Positions 1 through 9,409 of a stretch of DNA of 64,000 bases are shown piece by piece (within the stretch, counting starts at the first letter, position 1; the number at the start of each line of letters is the position of its first letter). A model generated the notes under the pieces. The model saw nothing but the letters and a program-made list of their open reading frames with translations, was not told where the DNA came from and did no database searches. The position numbers and the translations under genes are program-made. Source of the stretch: Nanobdellota archaeon (GTDB lineage: Archaea > Nanobdellota > Nanobdellia > Pacearchaeales > GW2011-AR1); contig JAJZAH010000003.1 of NCBI GenBank assembly GCA_021799535.1, positions 58,067-122,066 on the forward strand. The letters are read 5' to 3'.

Positions 1-323
1 TTTTTATTCAAAGTTTCATCTTCAGAAGGCTTGCACTTAGATAATCTTCCAATTCTCCCGATGAGTAGTTCAAGACTTTTGCCTTTTTTGAAGAATCCTT
101 TTTTAAACTCTTCCCCAGTAATCTTCTCCCCCTTGCCAAGATATTTAGTAACATATTCAATCAGATGATTTGTCCCAAGTCCGTAGGCTGCAATATTATT
201 TCCATCTTGATCCTCAATCAACAAATGTAGCTCAATAGGCACAAAGCATTTTGTATACAATAGCTCACTGTTTATAATTGTCCCCGTTATCCTTTTTTTG
301 ATTAAGCCGTTTTTTAATTCCAT
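1..323 (-). CDS. hypothetical protein, 3' end outside window (MELKNGLIKKRITGTIINSELL...)
   Basis: Translated by hand. ATG at 323 is open to the window edge. TATA TTTAAATT starts at 352, 29 nt upstream. Not in the ORF track. Confidence 0.7.
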   Translation of the reverse strand, partial: MELKNGLIKKRITGTIINSELLYTKCFVPIELHLLIEDQDGNNIAAYGLGTNHLIEYVTKYLGKGEKITGEEFKKGFFKKGKSLELLIGRIGRLSKCKPSEDETLNK

Positions 324-357
324 ACATACAAGAAAAAGATTTAGAATTTAAATTTTC

Positions 358-374
358 ACCCTTCTATGGAAGGT
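358..374. promoter_or_regulatory. 17-bp imperfect palindrome ACCCTTC-TAT-GGAAGGT, putative operator of the adjacent HTH-10 regulator
   Basis: 16/17 identical to the reverse complement of 1037..1053. Lies just upstream of the TATA box of the gene starting at 323. Confidence 0.6.
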
Positions 375-1036
375 TATTTAGATATAAGTTTGGGAAGCAG
401 CTTGAACTCAGCTTTTCTCAAATTTTCCCTGAAAGTCTGCTTGGAGACTTTTGCAATCTTAGAGAGCTTGTCAAGATTGGTCCTTCTCGGAAAACCATAA
501 TACCCGTTCTCAAACGCGAGTTTTATCGCTTCTTCCTGCCTTTTGGGCATTTTGGGAAGGAGCCTAGTCAGATAGACGTCCTCAAGGTCATTTTGCGAAA
601 ATCTCAATATCTCAAAATATGTCGTGTTCTTACCTTCTTTCATTGTCTTGATTAGATTCTCAAGGGGTTTCCTGTCCCAGCAAGCGACTTCTATCACTTC
701 AAAACCATCACTACTCAAATATGCAGGAGACGGGTAAATGAAAAGAGAGTTATAAATGGATTCATAAATCTTAAACTCTTTTTTGTTCTTTGCCAAAGTG
801 ATTATTGTACTTCCATGAACTTCACATTTCACAACCTGCTTATGGTCTTTCATGTATCTTGCATATTTTTGGATATCTTTTTCATGGCCATTCAATTGCT
901 GGATTGCAGAAGTATAGATATAATCCCCCTTAATGTAATGGCCAAGGTAATAAAAGAAAACAGAAAGTTTCAATTTAGAGAGTTTTGGGGCATAAATGCA
1001 GTCGTCATGCTTGTATTTGAATTTCAGATACCACAT
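374..1036 (-). CDS. HTH-10 (bacterio-opsin activator-type) transcriptional regulator
   Basis: C-terminal RQEEAIKLAFENGYYGFPRRTNLDKLS...TFRENLRKAE motif. Start set at MWYLK (1036) by the 29-nt TATA spacing and by the paralog start MWVAK. Confidence 0.85.
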   Translation of the reverse strand: MWYLKFKYKHDDCIYAPKLSKLKLSVFFYYLGHYIKGDYIYTSAIQQLNGHEKDIQKYARYMKDHKQVVKCEVHGSTIITLAKNKKEFKIYESIYNSLFIYPSPAYLSSDGFEVIEVACWDRKPLENLIKTMKEGKNTTYFEILRFSQNDLEDVYLTRLLPKMPKRQEEAIKLAFENGYYGFPRRTNLDKLSKIAKVSKQTFRENLRKAEFKLLPKLISK

Positions 1037-1053
1037 ACCTTTCATAGAAGGGT
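1037..1053. promoter_or_regulatory. second copy of the 17-bp palindrome, abutting the regulator's own start codon (autoregulatory site)
   Basis: ACCTTTC-ATA-GAAGGGT lies between the TATA box (start 1065) and ATG (1036). Confidence 0.6.
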
Positions 1054-1136
1054 TCTTTATTTAAGGGTTTCTATACCCATCTCCCGCAACATTTTTATAT
1101 GAACCACATTTCATATGTTCAAGGAGAACATACAAC

Positions 1137-2525
1137 ATGGCAGACAGAATACAACAGGCATATACGATGAGAAACCCGGAGAACCTAAAGTTCAAGAGTC
1201 CGGAAGGGTTGACTGAAGAGCTTGTCCGGCGAATATCAAAAGATAAAAATGAACCAGAATGGATGCTCCAGAGAAGACTGAAATCTCTTGAAATATTTAA
1301 TTCAAAACCAATTCCAGCATGGGGACCAAGCCTGAAAGATCTCAATCTTGACAAAATACATTATTATCTGCGACCTAACGCGAAGAACTCAAAATCATGG
1401 AAAGAAGTCCCAAAAGATATCTATGGAACTTTTGAAAAGTTGGGAATTCCTGAGGCTGAAAGGAAAGCTTTGGGGGGAGTTGGCGCTCAATATGAAAGCG
1501 AAACAATCTATCACAATCTCAAAAAGGATCTTGAGAAAAAGGGAGTAGTCTTCACTGATTGTGATACGGGTCTCAAAGAGTACGAAGAACTCTTTAAAAG
1601 ATATTTCATGACTACCTGCGTATCTCCCAACCTCCATAAATTCGCGGCCCTTCATGCCGCTGTATGGAGCGGTGGAACTTTCATTTATGTTCCGAAAAAC
1701 GTGAAAGTCGAGATCCCCCTTCAGGCATATTTCAGGATGAACGCGCAAAAAGGTGGGCAATTCGAGCATACTCTTATAATTGCGGATGAAGGTTCAGAGA
1801 TACATTACATAGAAGGGTGCAGCGCTCCGCAGTATCAGGAAAGCTCACTTCACGCAGGATGCGTAGAGATACACGTTTTAAAAAACGCCCGCGTTAGGTA
1901 TTCATCTATTGAGAATTGGTCAAAAAATACTTACAATCTTAACACTAAGAGAGCAGTAGTTGAAGAAAATGGAATAATAGAATGGGTGAATGGAAATTTA
2001 GGAAGTCACACAACAATGCTTTATCCCTGCAGTGTCTTAAAAGGAAAAAACGCGAAGTCCGATTATATAGGAATAGCTTACGCCGGACGCGGGCAATATC
2101 AGGACACAGGATGCAAAGTCTATCACTTGGAAAAGAACACTTCATCAACAGTATTATCAAAGGGTGTGAGCGTTGACGGCGGAGTAACTTCTTACAGAGG
2201 TCTCGTTCAAATAAATTCGGGAGCAGTAAACTCAAAATCAAGCGTGCGCTGCGATGGGCTCATGCTGGACAATAAGAGCAAAGCTATGACCTTGCCAGCA
2301 ATGGATGTGCATGAAAGCCAAGTAGAGGTTTCGCATGAAGCAGTTGTCGGAAAAATAGGTGAGGAGGATTTGTTCTATCTGATGAGCAGGGGCTTATCTG
2401 AAATGGAGGCAACAAAGTTGATTGTTTCAGGTTTCATAGAACCGGTCGTGAAAGAGCTTCCGCTTGAATACGCAGTCGAATTAAATAAGCTAATTGAACT
2501 CGAGATAGAAAACAGCATATGCTAA
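1137..2525 (+). CDS. sufB: Fe-S cluster assembly protein SufB
   Basis: WSGGTFIYVP, GQFEHTLIIA, YIEGCSAP, HEAVVGKI and FYLMSRGL motifs. SD-like AAGGAGA upstream. Confidence 0.95.
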   Translation: MADRIQQAYTMRNPENLKFKSPEGLTEELVRRISKDKNEPEWMLQRRLKSLEIFNSKPIPAWGPSLKDLNLDKIHYYLRPNAKNSKSWKEVPKDIYGTFEKLGIPEAERKALGGVGAQYESETIYHNLKKDLEKKGVVFTDCDTGLKEYEELFKRYFMTTCVSPNLHKFAALHAAVWSGGTFIYVPKNVKVEIPLQAYFRMNAQKGGQFEHTLIIADEGSEIHYIEGCSAPQYQESSLHAGCVEIHVLKNARVRYSSIENWSKNTYNLNTKRAVVEENGIIEWVNGNLGSHTTMLYPCSVLKGKNAKSDYIGIAYAGRGQYQDTGCKVYHLEKNTSSTVLSKGVSVDGGVTSYRGLVQINSGAVNSKSSVRCDGLMLDNKSKAMTLPAMDVHESQVEVSHEAVVGKIGEEDLFYLMSRGLSEMEATKLIVSGFIEPVVKELPLEYAVELNKLIELEIENSIC

Positions 2526-2526
2526 A

Positions 2527-2874
2527 ATGAGAAAAAACCAAGTTAATGGAATCTTAAACGATCTTATAAAACTAAATTCGTGGAACAGCCCAGCAAATAG
2601 CATGTGGATTCCAAAAAAATATGAAATTAACTTAATAACAGGTAAGGTGAAGCCAATTATTGGGAACGATATATCTGAATATCTGGATTATAAATCGAAA
2701 TGGTTTAAAGAGAGGATTAGGGAACTCGATGGTGACCTCAAAGATTTTCAAAAAGCGGCCATTACTCTCTTTGGAGCACGTGAAAAGGCTGTATTAATCT
2801 ACAAAGGGGAAGAATTCAAAAAAGATAAGTCTATAATAAAAAAAGGAGCAAGTTACTTTGAAAAATACTCGTAA
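2527..2874 (+). CDS. hypothetical protein inserted in the suf cluster
   Basis: 115-aa ORF starting 1 nt after the sufB stop. No recognisable motif. Confidence 0.6.
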   Translation: MRKNQVNGILNDLIKLNSWNSPANSMWIPKKYEINLITGKVKPIIGNDISEYLDYKSKWFKERIRELDGDLKDFQKAAITLFGAREKAVLIYKGEEFKKDKSIIKKGASYFEKYS

Positions 2875-2875
2875 A

Positions 2876-3238
2876 ATGAAAACCGACTCAATATACAAAG
2901 AAGAGATAATGGAGATATATTCAGAGAAGCCGAATTTTGGAAAGCTCGAGGGAAAAACCCATGAGGCGAAACTCAAGAATCCGGGATGCGAAGACGAATT
3001 CAAGATCGAACTCAAAGTTGAAGGTGGAAAGATAAAAGACGCAAAGTTCACGGGAAAAGGCTGTGTCATATCGACAGTCTCAACTGCGATACTCACAGAA
3101 AAGATAAAAGGAATGAGATTATCTGACGCTCAAAGGATGTCAAAAAAAGATATGGATAAATTTTTAGGAATGGAAGTCATACCCACGCGTATGAAGTGCG
3201 AACTACTGGGACTTGAGATATTAAAGAGAGTAAAATGA
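2876..3238 (+). CDS. sufU: SufU/IscU-family scaffold
   Basis: NPGCED, GKGCVIS and RMKC motifs supply the three conserved Cys. Start chosen at MKTDSIY. Confidence 0.9.
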   Translation: MKTDSIYKEEIMEIYSEKPNFGKLEGKTHEAKLKNPGCEDEFKIELKVEGGKIKDAKFTGKGCVISTVSTAILTEKIKGMRLSDAQRMSKKDMDKFLGMEVIPTRMKCELLGLEILKRVK

Positions 3239-3978
3239 AATCAAAAAAAATACTTGAGATAAAAAACCTTCACGTGGAAGTTGAAGGAAAGGAGATACTT
3301 AAGGGCCTGAACCTTACGCTGGAGCGCGGGAAAATAAATGCGCTTATGGGTCCGAATGGCTCCGGAAAATCCACGCTTGTAAACGCAATAATGGGTCACC
3401 CAAAATATATTGTGACAAAAGGACAGATTTTATTTGAAGGAGAAGACATAATAAATCTGTCTCCGGACAAGAGGGCAAAGAAGGGGATATTCTTATCATT
3501 TCAGTATCCGCGTGAAATCTCGGGAGTGGGCGTCTCGAAATTCTTAAAGACCATTTCAAAAAAACTCAATCCCGAATTTTCGCTTACTGATTTCAAAAAG
3601 AATCTGAAAGAAAACTCCGAGATTCTAGGGATATCGAAAGAAATGAATGAAAGGTATCTAAATGCTGGATTTTCGGGTGGCGAGAAGAAAAAGAACGAAA
3701 TCCTGCAGATGCTTATCATGAACCCTCAGCTAATGATGCTTGATGAAACAGACTCAGGCCTTGATGTCGATTCATTAAAAACCGTAGCTAAAGGGGTAAA
3801 TGCCGCAATGGGAAAAGATAAGTGTGTCTTTATCATCACACATTACAAAAGAATACTTGAATACGTGAAGCCCGATAAAGTCCTCATAATGATAAATGGC
3901 AAGATTGTGTTATCCGGAAGCGGAAAGCTCGCTGACGAATTAGAAAAAAAAGGTTATGAATGGATAGAGGAAGATTGA
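3235..3978 (+). CDS. sufC: Fe-S cluster assembly ATPase SufC
   Basis: GPNGSGKST, GHPKY, FQYPREI, FSGGEKK, LDETDSGLD and ITHY motifs. Confidence 0.95.
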   Translation: MKSKKILEIKNLHVEVEGKEILKGLNLTLERGKINALMGPNGSGKSTLVNAIMGHPKYIVTKGQILFEGEDIINLSPDKRAKKGIFLSFQYPREISGVGVSKFLKTISKKLNPEFSLTDFKKNLKENSEILGISKEMNERYLNAGFSGGEKKKNEILQMLIMNPQLMMLDETDSGLDVDSLKTVAKGVNAAMGKDKCVFIITHYKRILEYVKPDKVLIMINGKIVLSGSGKLADELEKKGYEWIEED

Positions 3979-4005
3979 TTCTTGGAAAATTATTTAAAAT
4001 ACAAA

Positions 4006-4019
4006 GCATACATGTTCGC
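4006..4019. promoter_or_regulatory. putative operator GCATACATGTTCGC abutting the start of the second HTH-10 gene
   Basis: 12/14 match to the palindrome GCGAACATGTTCGC. Core ACATGTTCGC recurs at 4690..4699. Confidence 0.55.
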
Positions 4020-4670
4020 ATGTGGGTTGCAAAACTTAAATGCCGACATGATTGCCTCATAGGAAACAGATGCAAAAAATATGGCATAGAGGCAAGTGCA
4101 TATGAACTTGGAAAAACTAAACAGGGGAATGTTCTTATCTCTAATTCCGTTCACCAACTTTTCGGAGAAGAAAAACAGATAAAGAAGTTCGTTGAAGACC
4201 TGAAAAAAGACAAAGATGTCATACATACAGAAATGAAAGGAGATATGTTATTCTTAGTTGAAAAGAAGAAAGGAACCCCTGTCAAGGAATATTCAAGAAA
4301 CATATTTTTCGCATCTCCGGTCACAGTCGACAAAAGAGGATATGAGTATTGGGAAATCGGGTCATTCGACAGGAATGAGTTAAATAAATTCATAAATAAG
4401 TTAAACAAGATTTGTTATGAACTTGATGTAATCTTTATCAAAGAGACACAAGCCCAGAATATATTCTTCCCGAAGATACTTCCAAATCTAACTGGTCTCC
4501 AAAAGAAGGCAATTGATTTGGCAATAAAGGAAGGATATTATCATGTCCCAAAGAAGATTTCTTTAAGACAACTCGCAAAACACATGGGGATTGCTCTTTC
4601 GACTTATCAGAGGCATCTTCAAGTAGCCGAAGCAAAACTCATCCCAAATCTTTCTTTTGACCTGAGATAG
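4020..4670 (+). CDS. HTH-10 (bacterio-opsin activator-type) transcriptional regulator, paralog 2
   Basis: LTGLQKKAIDLAIKEGYYHVPKKISLRQLA...STYQRHLQVAE motif. N-terminal MW..K.K..HDC shared with paralog 1. Confidence 0.85.
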   Translation: MWVAKLKCRHDCLIGNRCKKYGIEASAYELGKTKQGNVLISNSVHQLFGEEKQIKKFVEDLKKDKDVIHTEMKGDMLFLVEKKKGTPVKEYSRNIFFASPVTVDKRGYEYWEIGSFDRNELNKFINKLNKICYELDVIFIKETQAQNIFFPKILPNLTGLQKKAIDLAIKEGYYHVPKKISLRQLAKHMGIALSTYQRHLQVAEAKLIPNLSFDLR

Positions 4671-4684
4671 TCCCCTTCTTTGGT

Positions 4685-4735
4685 GCGGGACATGTTCGCT
4701 AGAAGGAATAAGTAGTTATTAAGTAGTCACTACTT
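4685..4735 (+). promoter_or_regulatory. promoter of the methyltransferase-radical SAM operon: operator copy 4685..4699, weak TATA AATAAGTA near 4707, perfect inverted repeat AAGTAGT-C-ACTACTT 4721..4735
   Basis: Repeats read directly from the sequence. Confidence 0.55.
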
Positions 4736-4736
4736 C

Positions 4737-5654
4737 ATGACAAATAGACTTCCGAAAATTATAAGGATTGGGAAAGACCCCACAACCGCAGAACTGAAAA
4801 ATTCATTGAGAAAAAATGAGATTCCATTAAAATTCTGCTATATGGGACAAGGGGCGAAATGCTGGAACAATCTGAGAGAAAGCAAAGAGTATAAATTAGG
4901 GGACAAATGGGTTTACATCCTAGAAAAGACGTTACCTCAGGTTAGGAAGAGATTAAACGGAGAAGATTACAATTTGATTCATGTTGGTCCCGGGAACGGT
5001 ATTGAGATCCCCTCATTTCTTGGAAGCATTGGATTAAATGGTAAAGCGAGATACTGCGGAATTGATGTAAGCAGAGACATGCTTGAACTGGCAATAGAGT
5101 CCAACAGGGACACCTTAAATCAGAAGAATTCAGTTTGGTACCAGTCCGATGTTGAATCAAAAGGAAATCTTGAAAGGATAGCTAAGGGCATTAGAAGAAA
5201 GTACTCGGAGAGGAGTCTTATTCTATTAACAGATGAAGGAACTCTCCTATCAAATAAGAGTATCTTCAAGGAACTCTACAGAGCCCTCGGTAAAGGGGAT
5301 TATGCCTTAATCACGATTGAAGGGGACAACCCGGAAAAAAGAGGGGAAATTTTGCAAACTTATTCTCTTCCTCAAACATTAAAGATACTATCAGTAGGCC
5401 TTAGGAAGGCAGGATATGATTATAATCGTGGAAGCTTTTCCTTTTCTTTCAATGAAAGAAGATCACGAGTGGAAGTTTATTTCAATACCCATGTGGGGAA
5501 TAAGCTTCTTTGCCTAGCCTCATATAAACCAAAAAAGGAGGAATTTTTCAATGAATTGAAATCCTTTGGATTTGATATCCCTTATTTCAAATTCCATGAG
5601 GAAGCCTGGGCTTTCTCAGTTCTCTTGGAGAAAAGAGACAAAAATGTTCAGTGA
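4737..5654 (+). CDS. EgtD-like (Methyltransf_33) SAM-dependent methyltransferase
   Basis: N-terminal IPLKFCYMGQGAKCW...EY motif resembles EgtD. SAM motif HVGPGNG, GIDVSRDML, FNERRSRVEVY and SYK. Confidence 0.75.
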   Translation: MTNRLPKIIRIGKDPTTAELKNSLRKNEIPLKFCYMGQGAKCWNNLRESKEYKLGDKWVYILEKTLPQVRKRLNGEDYNLIHVGPGNGIEIPSFLGSIGLNGKARYCGIDVSRDMLELAIESNRDTLNQKNSVWYQSDVESKGNLERIAKGIRRKYSERSLILLTDEGTLLSNKSIFKELYRALGKGDYALITIEGDNPEKRGEILQTYSLPQTLKILSVGLRKAGYDYNRGSFSFSFNERRSRVEVYFNTHVGNKLLCLASYKPKKEEFFNELKSFGFDIPYFKFHEEAWAFSVLLEKRDKNVQ

Positions 5655-6789
5655 ATTTTATCCATCTGCTGACAAGGAAGTTAGAAGTATCTTAAAAAAT
5701 GTGAAATCTCCATCGGAAGAAAAAGTTAAAGACATTCTTGAGAAAAGCAAAACTGAAAGTTTGGATTTACCTGAAATCGCTGAACTGTTGGAAACTAGGG
5801 GCGATCAAAGTTTTGAGATGATGAGGGATTTTACACTTGAAAATTTCAGAGGTCCAGAAGGCAATGAACTGAGGAATATCTCTCCAATTTACCTCTCAAG
5901 TCATTGCATCGATAAATGTGGTTACTGTCAATTCTCAGCGAGCAGAACCGACACACAAAGAACAAGACTTTCATTAAACCAACTTGAAAGAGAGGTTTTA
6001 TCTGTGATTGACGAGGGGAACAATGTGATAGAATTCACTCTCGCAACAGATCCTGACTTTACCCCGGGAAAACTTGCAGAATATGTAAATAAAACCAAAA
6101 AGATCTTGGGCGACAGAAAAGGAAGTGGCGTTCTCCTTTGTTCAGATTACCTCACAGAAGAAGATTACAAAAATCTCAAAGAGGCGGGACTCTGGGGTAT
6201 TATCCAATGGGACGAAACTCTTGACAGGTCAAAGTACGAAAAGTGGCACGGGCAGAGCCCCAGAAAAAAGAACTTCGAAGAAAGAATGGACAACCATGAC
6301 CGCGCCGCCAAATCTGGGCTTGAATCGGCAACGGGAGTCTTGTTCGGACTTTCTGACTTCAGATACGACGTCTTGATGCAAATTGCAAAAGCAAGGCATC
6401 TGCATAATGAATATGGGAAAAGGCCATTTGTTTTCGGAACCCCAAGATTAAAACCGATAGGGGGAAAGGAAATGCACCCAATAGATGAAGTTGATGACAG
6501 AAAGTACGAAACCGCCCTCATGGTTTACAAAATCGCGGAGCCTGATGTCGCGAGATGGCTCCAGACAAGAGAAATGCCTGAGTTGAATTTCAGGAATATG
6601 CTCGACGGAGATGTTTACACTTACAGATGCGGGGAAGTCAAACCTGGAGGTTACCAAGTCAATAAATCGACAGTCAACTCACTAAAAGGCGGGCAGTTTG
6701 GAGTGAATGAGATGGAAAGAATAGATTTCGAAGAGAAACTGAAAAAGACAAATTTCTCAGTTAATTATTCCTGGATTGGAGGGGATTAA
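5644..6789 (+). CDS. ThiH/HydG-family (BATS domain) radical SAM enzyme, divergent
   Basis: [18 protein letters not shown] (CX3CX2C), ET, GVLFGL, PRLKP, TRE, PGGY and QF motifs. Overlaps the upstream gene by 11 nt. Confidence 0.85.
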   Translation: MFSEFYPSADKEVRSILKNVKSPSEEKVKDILEKSKTESLDLPEIAELLETRGDQSFEMMRDFTLENFRGPEGNELRNISPIYLSSHCIDKCGYCQFSASRTDTQRTRLSLNQLEREVLSVIDEGNNVIEFTLATDPDFTPGKLAEYVNKTKKILGDRKGSGVLLCSDYLTEEDYKNLKEAGLWGIIQWDETLDRSKYEKWHGQSPRKKNFEERMDNHDRAAKSGLESATGVLFGLSDFRYDVLMQIAKARHLHNEYGKRPFVFGTPRLKPIGGKEMHPIDEVDDRKYETALMVYKIAEPDVARWLQTREMPELNFRNMLDGDVYTYRCGEVKPGGYQVNKSTVNSLKGGQFGVNEMERIDFEEKLKKTNFSVNYSWIGGD

Positions 6790-8747
6790 ATCCTCTTCCC
6801 CCTCAATAAATTTGCATTCGTGACAACAGTTATCGATGATAAAGCCATCGCAATCTCTGCAAATATTGGGTTTAAAACTCCCGCAACCGCAAGAGGGATC
6901 GCGATCGTATTGTAGATGAAGGCCCAGAATAAATTCTGCTTTATTTTTGAAAAAGTAGCCTTCGAGAGTTCAATCGCCTTAGGAACCCCCATTAAAGATC
7001 CATTTGTTAAGATTATGTCACCCGCTTCTATAGCAATATCCGTCCCCGTACCCATGGCAATCCCAACATTCGCTTGTTTTAACGCTGGAGCATCATTAAT
7101 CCCGTCACCTACAAAAGCAACAAGTCCATCCTTGCTTTCGGATTGGAGCTCGGAGACTTTTCTGGCTTTTTCCTCGGGCAGAACATTCGCAATTACTTTT
7201 TTTATACCGACGACTTTGGCTATCGCTTTTGCCGTTCTTTCATTGTCTCCCGTAATCATCACAGTACAATAATTTTTTTTATGCAGTTCATTTAAAGCCT
7301 CAGCGGAATCTTCCTTTACCGAATCGGAAAGCGCAAATACTCCATAAGCTTTTTTGTCCGTTTCACATGACAGGATTACCACCGTCTTTCCTTCATCTTC
7401 AAAGTGACTTATCTCCTTAGAAAATTTTTTAAGGTCTATCCCCGATTCAGTAATCAAACTTTTGTTTCCGATGAGGTATCTTTTTCCAGAAATGATGCCC
7501 TCCACCCCCTTACCTCGAAGGATTCTGAAATTATTTACTGTCTTATAATTCTTCAATTTTGAATAATTTACAACTGTTTTAGATAAAGGATGCTCTGAAA
7601 GTTTTTCTAGACTTCCCGCAATTTCTAAAAATTCCTTCTTGGTCGTGTCACCGGAAATCTTGACATCGGTCACTTCAGGTTTTCCTTTTGTTATCGTACC
7701 CGTCTTGTCAAAAATTACAGTTCTGACTTCTTTCATTGTTTGTATAGCTTCTCCTTTTCTTATTAAAATCCCTTTTTTTGCCCCCATACCTGATCCAACA
7801 GTAAGAGCAATCGGCGTCGCTAAGCCTAAAGCACAGGGGCATGAGATGACAAGAACCGAGATAGCTGCCCCAAAAGCATAACTAAAACTCCCGAAAAAAC
7901 TCCATGCTATGAAAGTTAAAACGGATATTCCCAGAACTAATGGGACAAATATCGCTGTGATTTTGTCTGCAAGTTTTTGTATCGGGACCTTGCTACTCTG
8001 CGTCTCTTCAACAAGTTCAATTATATGAGAAAGAAAAGTATCTGAACCCACCTTCAAGGCCTTGACATACAAAAATCCATCCTGATTTACTGTAGCTCCG
8101 ATAGCGTTATCCCCTTTTCTTTTGTCAACGGGAAAGCTCTCGCCTGTAATCATGGACTCATCGATACTGCTTTCACCTTTTATTACAACCCCATCTGTCG
8201 GAATTTTCTCCCCGGGTTTGATTAGCATGATGTCTCCAACTCTCACCTTGGAAATAAGAATTTCAATTTCTTCCTTGCCTCTAAGTACCCTAGCATTCTT
8301 GGCACCCATCTCCAAAAGCTTCCTTATTTCCTGTCCGGCCTTCCCCCGGGCTTTTGATTCAATATATTTCCCTGTGACAAATATTGCCATAACCATCGCG
8401 GAAACTCCGGAATAATTTTGGATGCTAAGAAAGAAACTGAGTATACCGGTCAGATATGCAACAACTGTCCCAAGAGAAATGAGAGAGTCCATATTGAAAT
8501 ATAAGCTTAAAAGACCATGAAATCCGGATTTTAATGTCTGAAGCCCTATTATGAATATGACAGGGAAAGATAAGACCAAAATTATCACAGACATCACACT
8601 TTCATCAAAAAGCATAAAGCCGAAAAGTTTCGTAATATACATAAAAAAGATCACGGGAACCAAAATTATCCAGCTCCAAATAAGCTTTTTTTTCCACATC
8701 TTCGATTCCTCATCCTCTAATTTTCCGGTTTTATTTTCTTTATCCAT
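6786..8747 (-). CDS. copA: Cu-translocating P1B-type ATPase
   Basis: [31 protein letters not shown] and MALSS motifs. Confidence 0.93.
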   Translation of the reverse strand: MDKENKTGKLEDEESKMWKKKLIWSWIILVPVIFFMYITKLFGFMLFDESVMSVIILVLSFPVIFIIGLQTLKSGFHGLLSLYFNMDSLISLGTVVAYLTGILSFFLSIQNYSGVSAMVMAIFVTGKYIESKARGKAGQEIRKLLEMGAKNARVLRGKEEIEILISKVRVGDIMLIKPGEKIPTDGVVIKGESSIDESMITGESFPVDKRKGDNAIGATVNQDGFLYVKALKVGSDTFLSHIIELVEETQSSKVPIQKLADKITAIFVPLVLGISVLTFIAWSFFGSFSYAFGAAISVLVISCPCALGLATPIALTVGSGMGAKKGILIRKGEAIQTMKEVRTVIFDKTGTITKGKPEVTDVKISGDTTKKEFLEIAGSLEKLSEHPLSKTVVNYSKLKNYKTVNNFRILRGKGVEGIISGKRYLIGNKSLITESGIDLKKFSKEISHFEDEGKTVVILSCETDKKAYGVFALSDSVKEDSAEALNELHKKNYCTVMITGDNERTAKAIAKVVGIKKVIANVLPEEKARKVSELQSESKDGLVAFVGDGINDAPALKQANVGIAMGTGTDIAIEAGDIILTNGSLMGVPKAIELSKATFSKIKQNLFWAFIYNTIAIPLAVAGVLNPIFAEIAMALSSITVVTNANLLRGKRI

Positions 8748-8762
8748 GTTCTAATTTGGAAA

Positions 8763-8972
8763 TTATTCTATCGAAATAGCTTTATAACCTGCTTTGGACA
8801 CAGCCTTTTTCAGATCTTCGTCACTTGTTTTGTCATTGCATTCTACAATCGCCTTTTTAGTCATTATACTTACATTTGCGAAAGAAACACCAGAAACTTT
8901 TTTTAGGCTTCTTTCAATATTTGTAGCGCAGGATGCACAATGCATGCCTTCAACCAATATCTTTTTTTTCAT
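8763..8972 (-). CDS. copZ: heavy-metal-associated (CopZ-like) chaperone
   Basis: 69-aa HMA domain with GMHCASC, directly upstream of copA. Confidence 0.88.
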   Translation of the reverse strand: MKKKILVEGMHCASCATNIERSLKKVSGVSFANVSIMTKKAIVECNDKTSDEDLKKAVSKAGYKAISIE

Positions 8973-9028
8973 TTTGCTTACCCCCTTACATTTTCTCTTT
9001 TACAGTTTCATGTTTATTTATTTTTATC

Positions 9029-9409
9029 TTACTCTACGATCAAAGTCCCAGTTCCCATTCCCATTATGCACGCAAAACGGAAGGTTCCTTTTTTGGTCGG
9101 CGTGAACTCAATGTAATCATTTGGTGTTGGAAGTGTTCTTACAATCCCAAAATCCTTTATCGTAAACGTCCTGTAACAACCTGAAACCGTACTGTCCAGA
9201 TAAATCCTGACAGGCTGTCCGACTTTCACCGTGATTGTGTTTGGATAATAATTCCCGTTCTTTATCCCTATCGTGACTTTCTGCACATTGGTTGAAGCTG
9301 AATTTCCATTTGTGGAATTACCGCCTGATGTGCTCGAGTTTCCAATGAAAAACCATCCTAACCCGACTACCAAGATTATCAGCAAAAAAGTCACAGTTTT
9401 GTCTTTCAT
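9029..9409 (-). CDS. membrane-anchored cupredoxin-domain protein
   Basis: N-terminal TM helix; YYPNTITVKVGQPV, GC and FACIMGM motifs. Confidence 0.8.
   Translation of the reverse strand: MKDKTVTFLLIILVVGLGWFFIGNSSTSGGNSTNGNSASTNVQKVTIGIKNGNYYPNTITVKVGQPVRIYLDSTVSGCYRTFTIKDFGIVRTLPTPNDYIEFTPTKKGTFRFACIMGMGTGTLIVE

Noticed and set aside
4737-6789. Calling these genes egtD and thiH (ergothioneine or thiamine synthesis)
   Set aside because: Partner genes are absent from the window and pocket motifs differ, so only family-level calls are justified.
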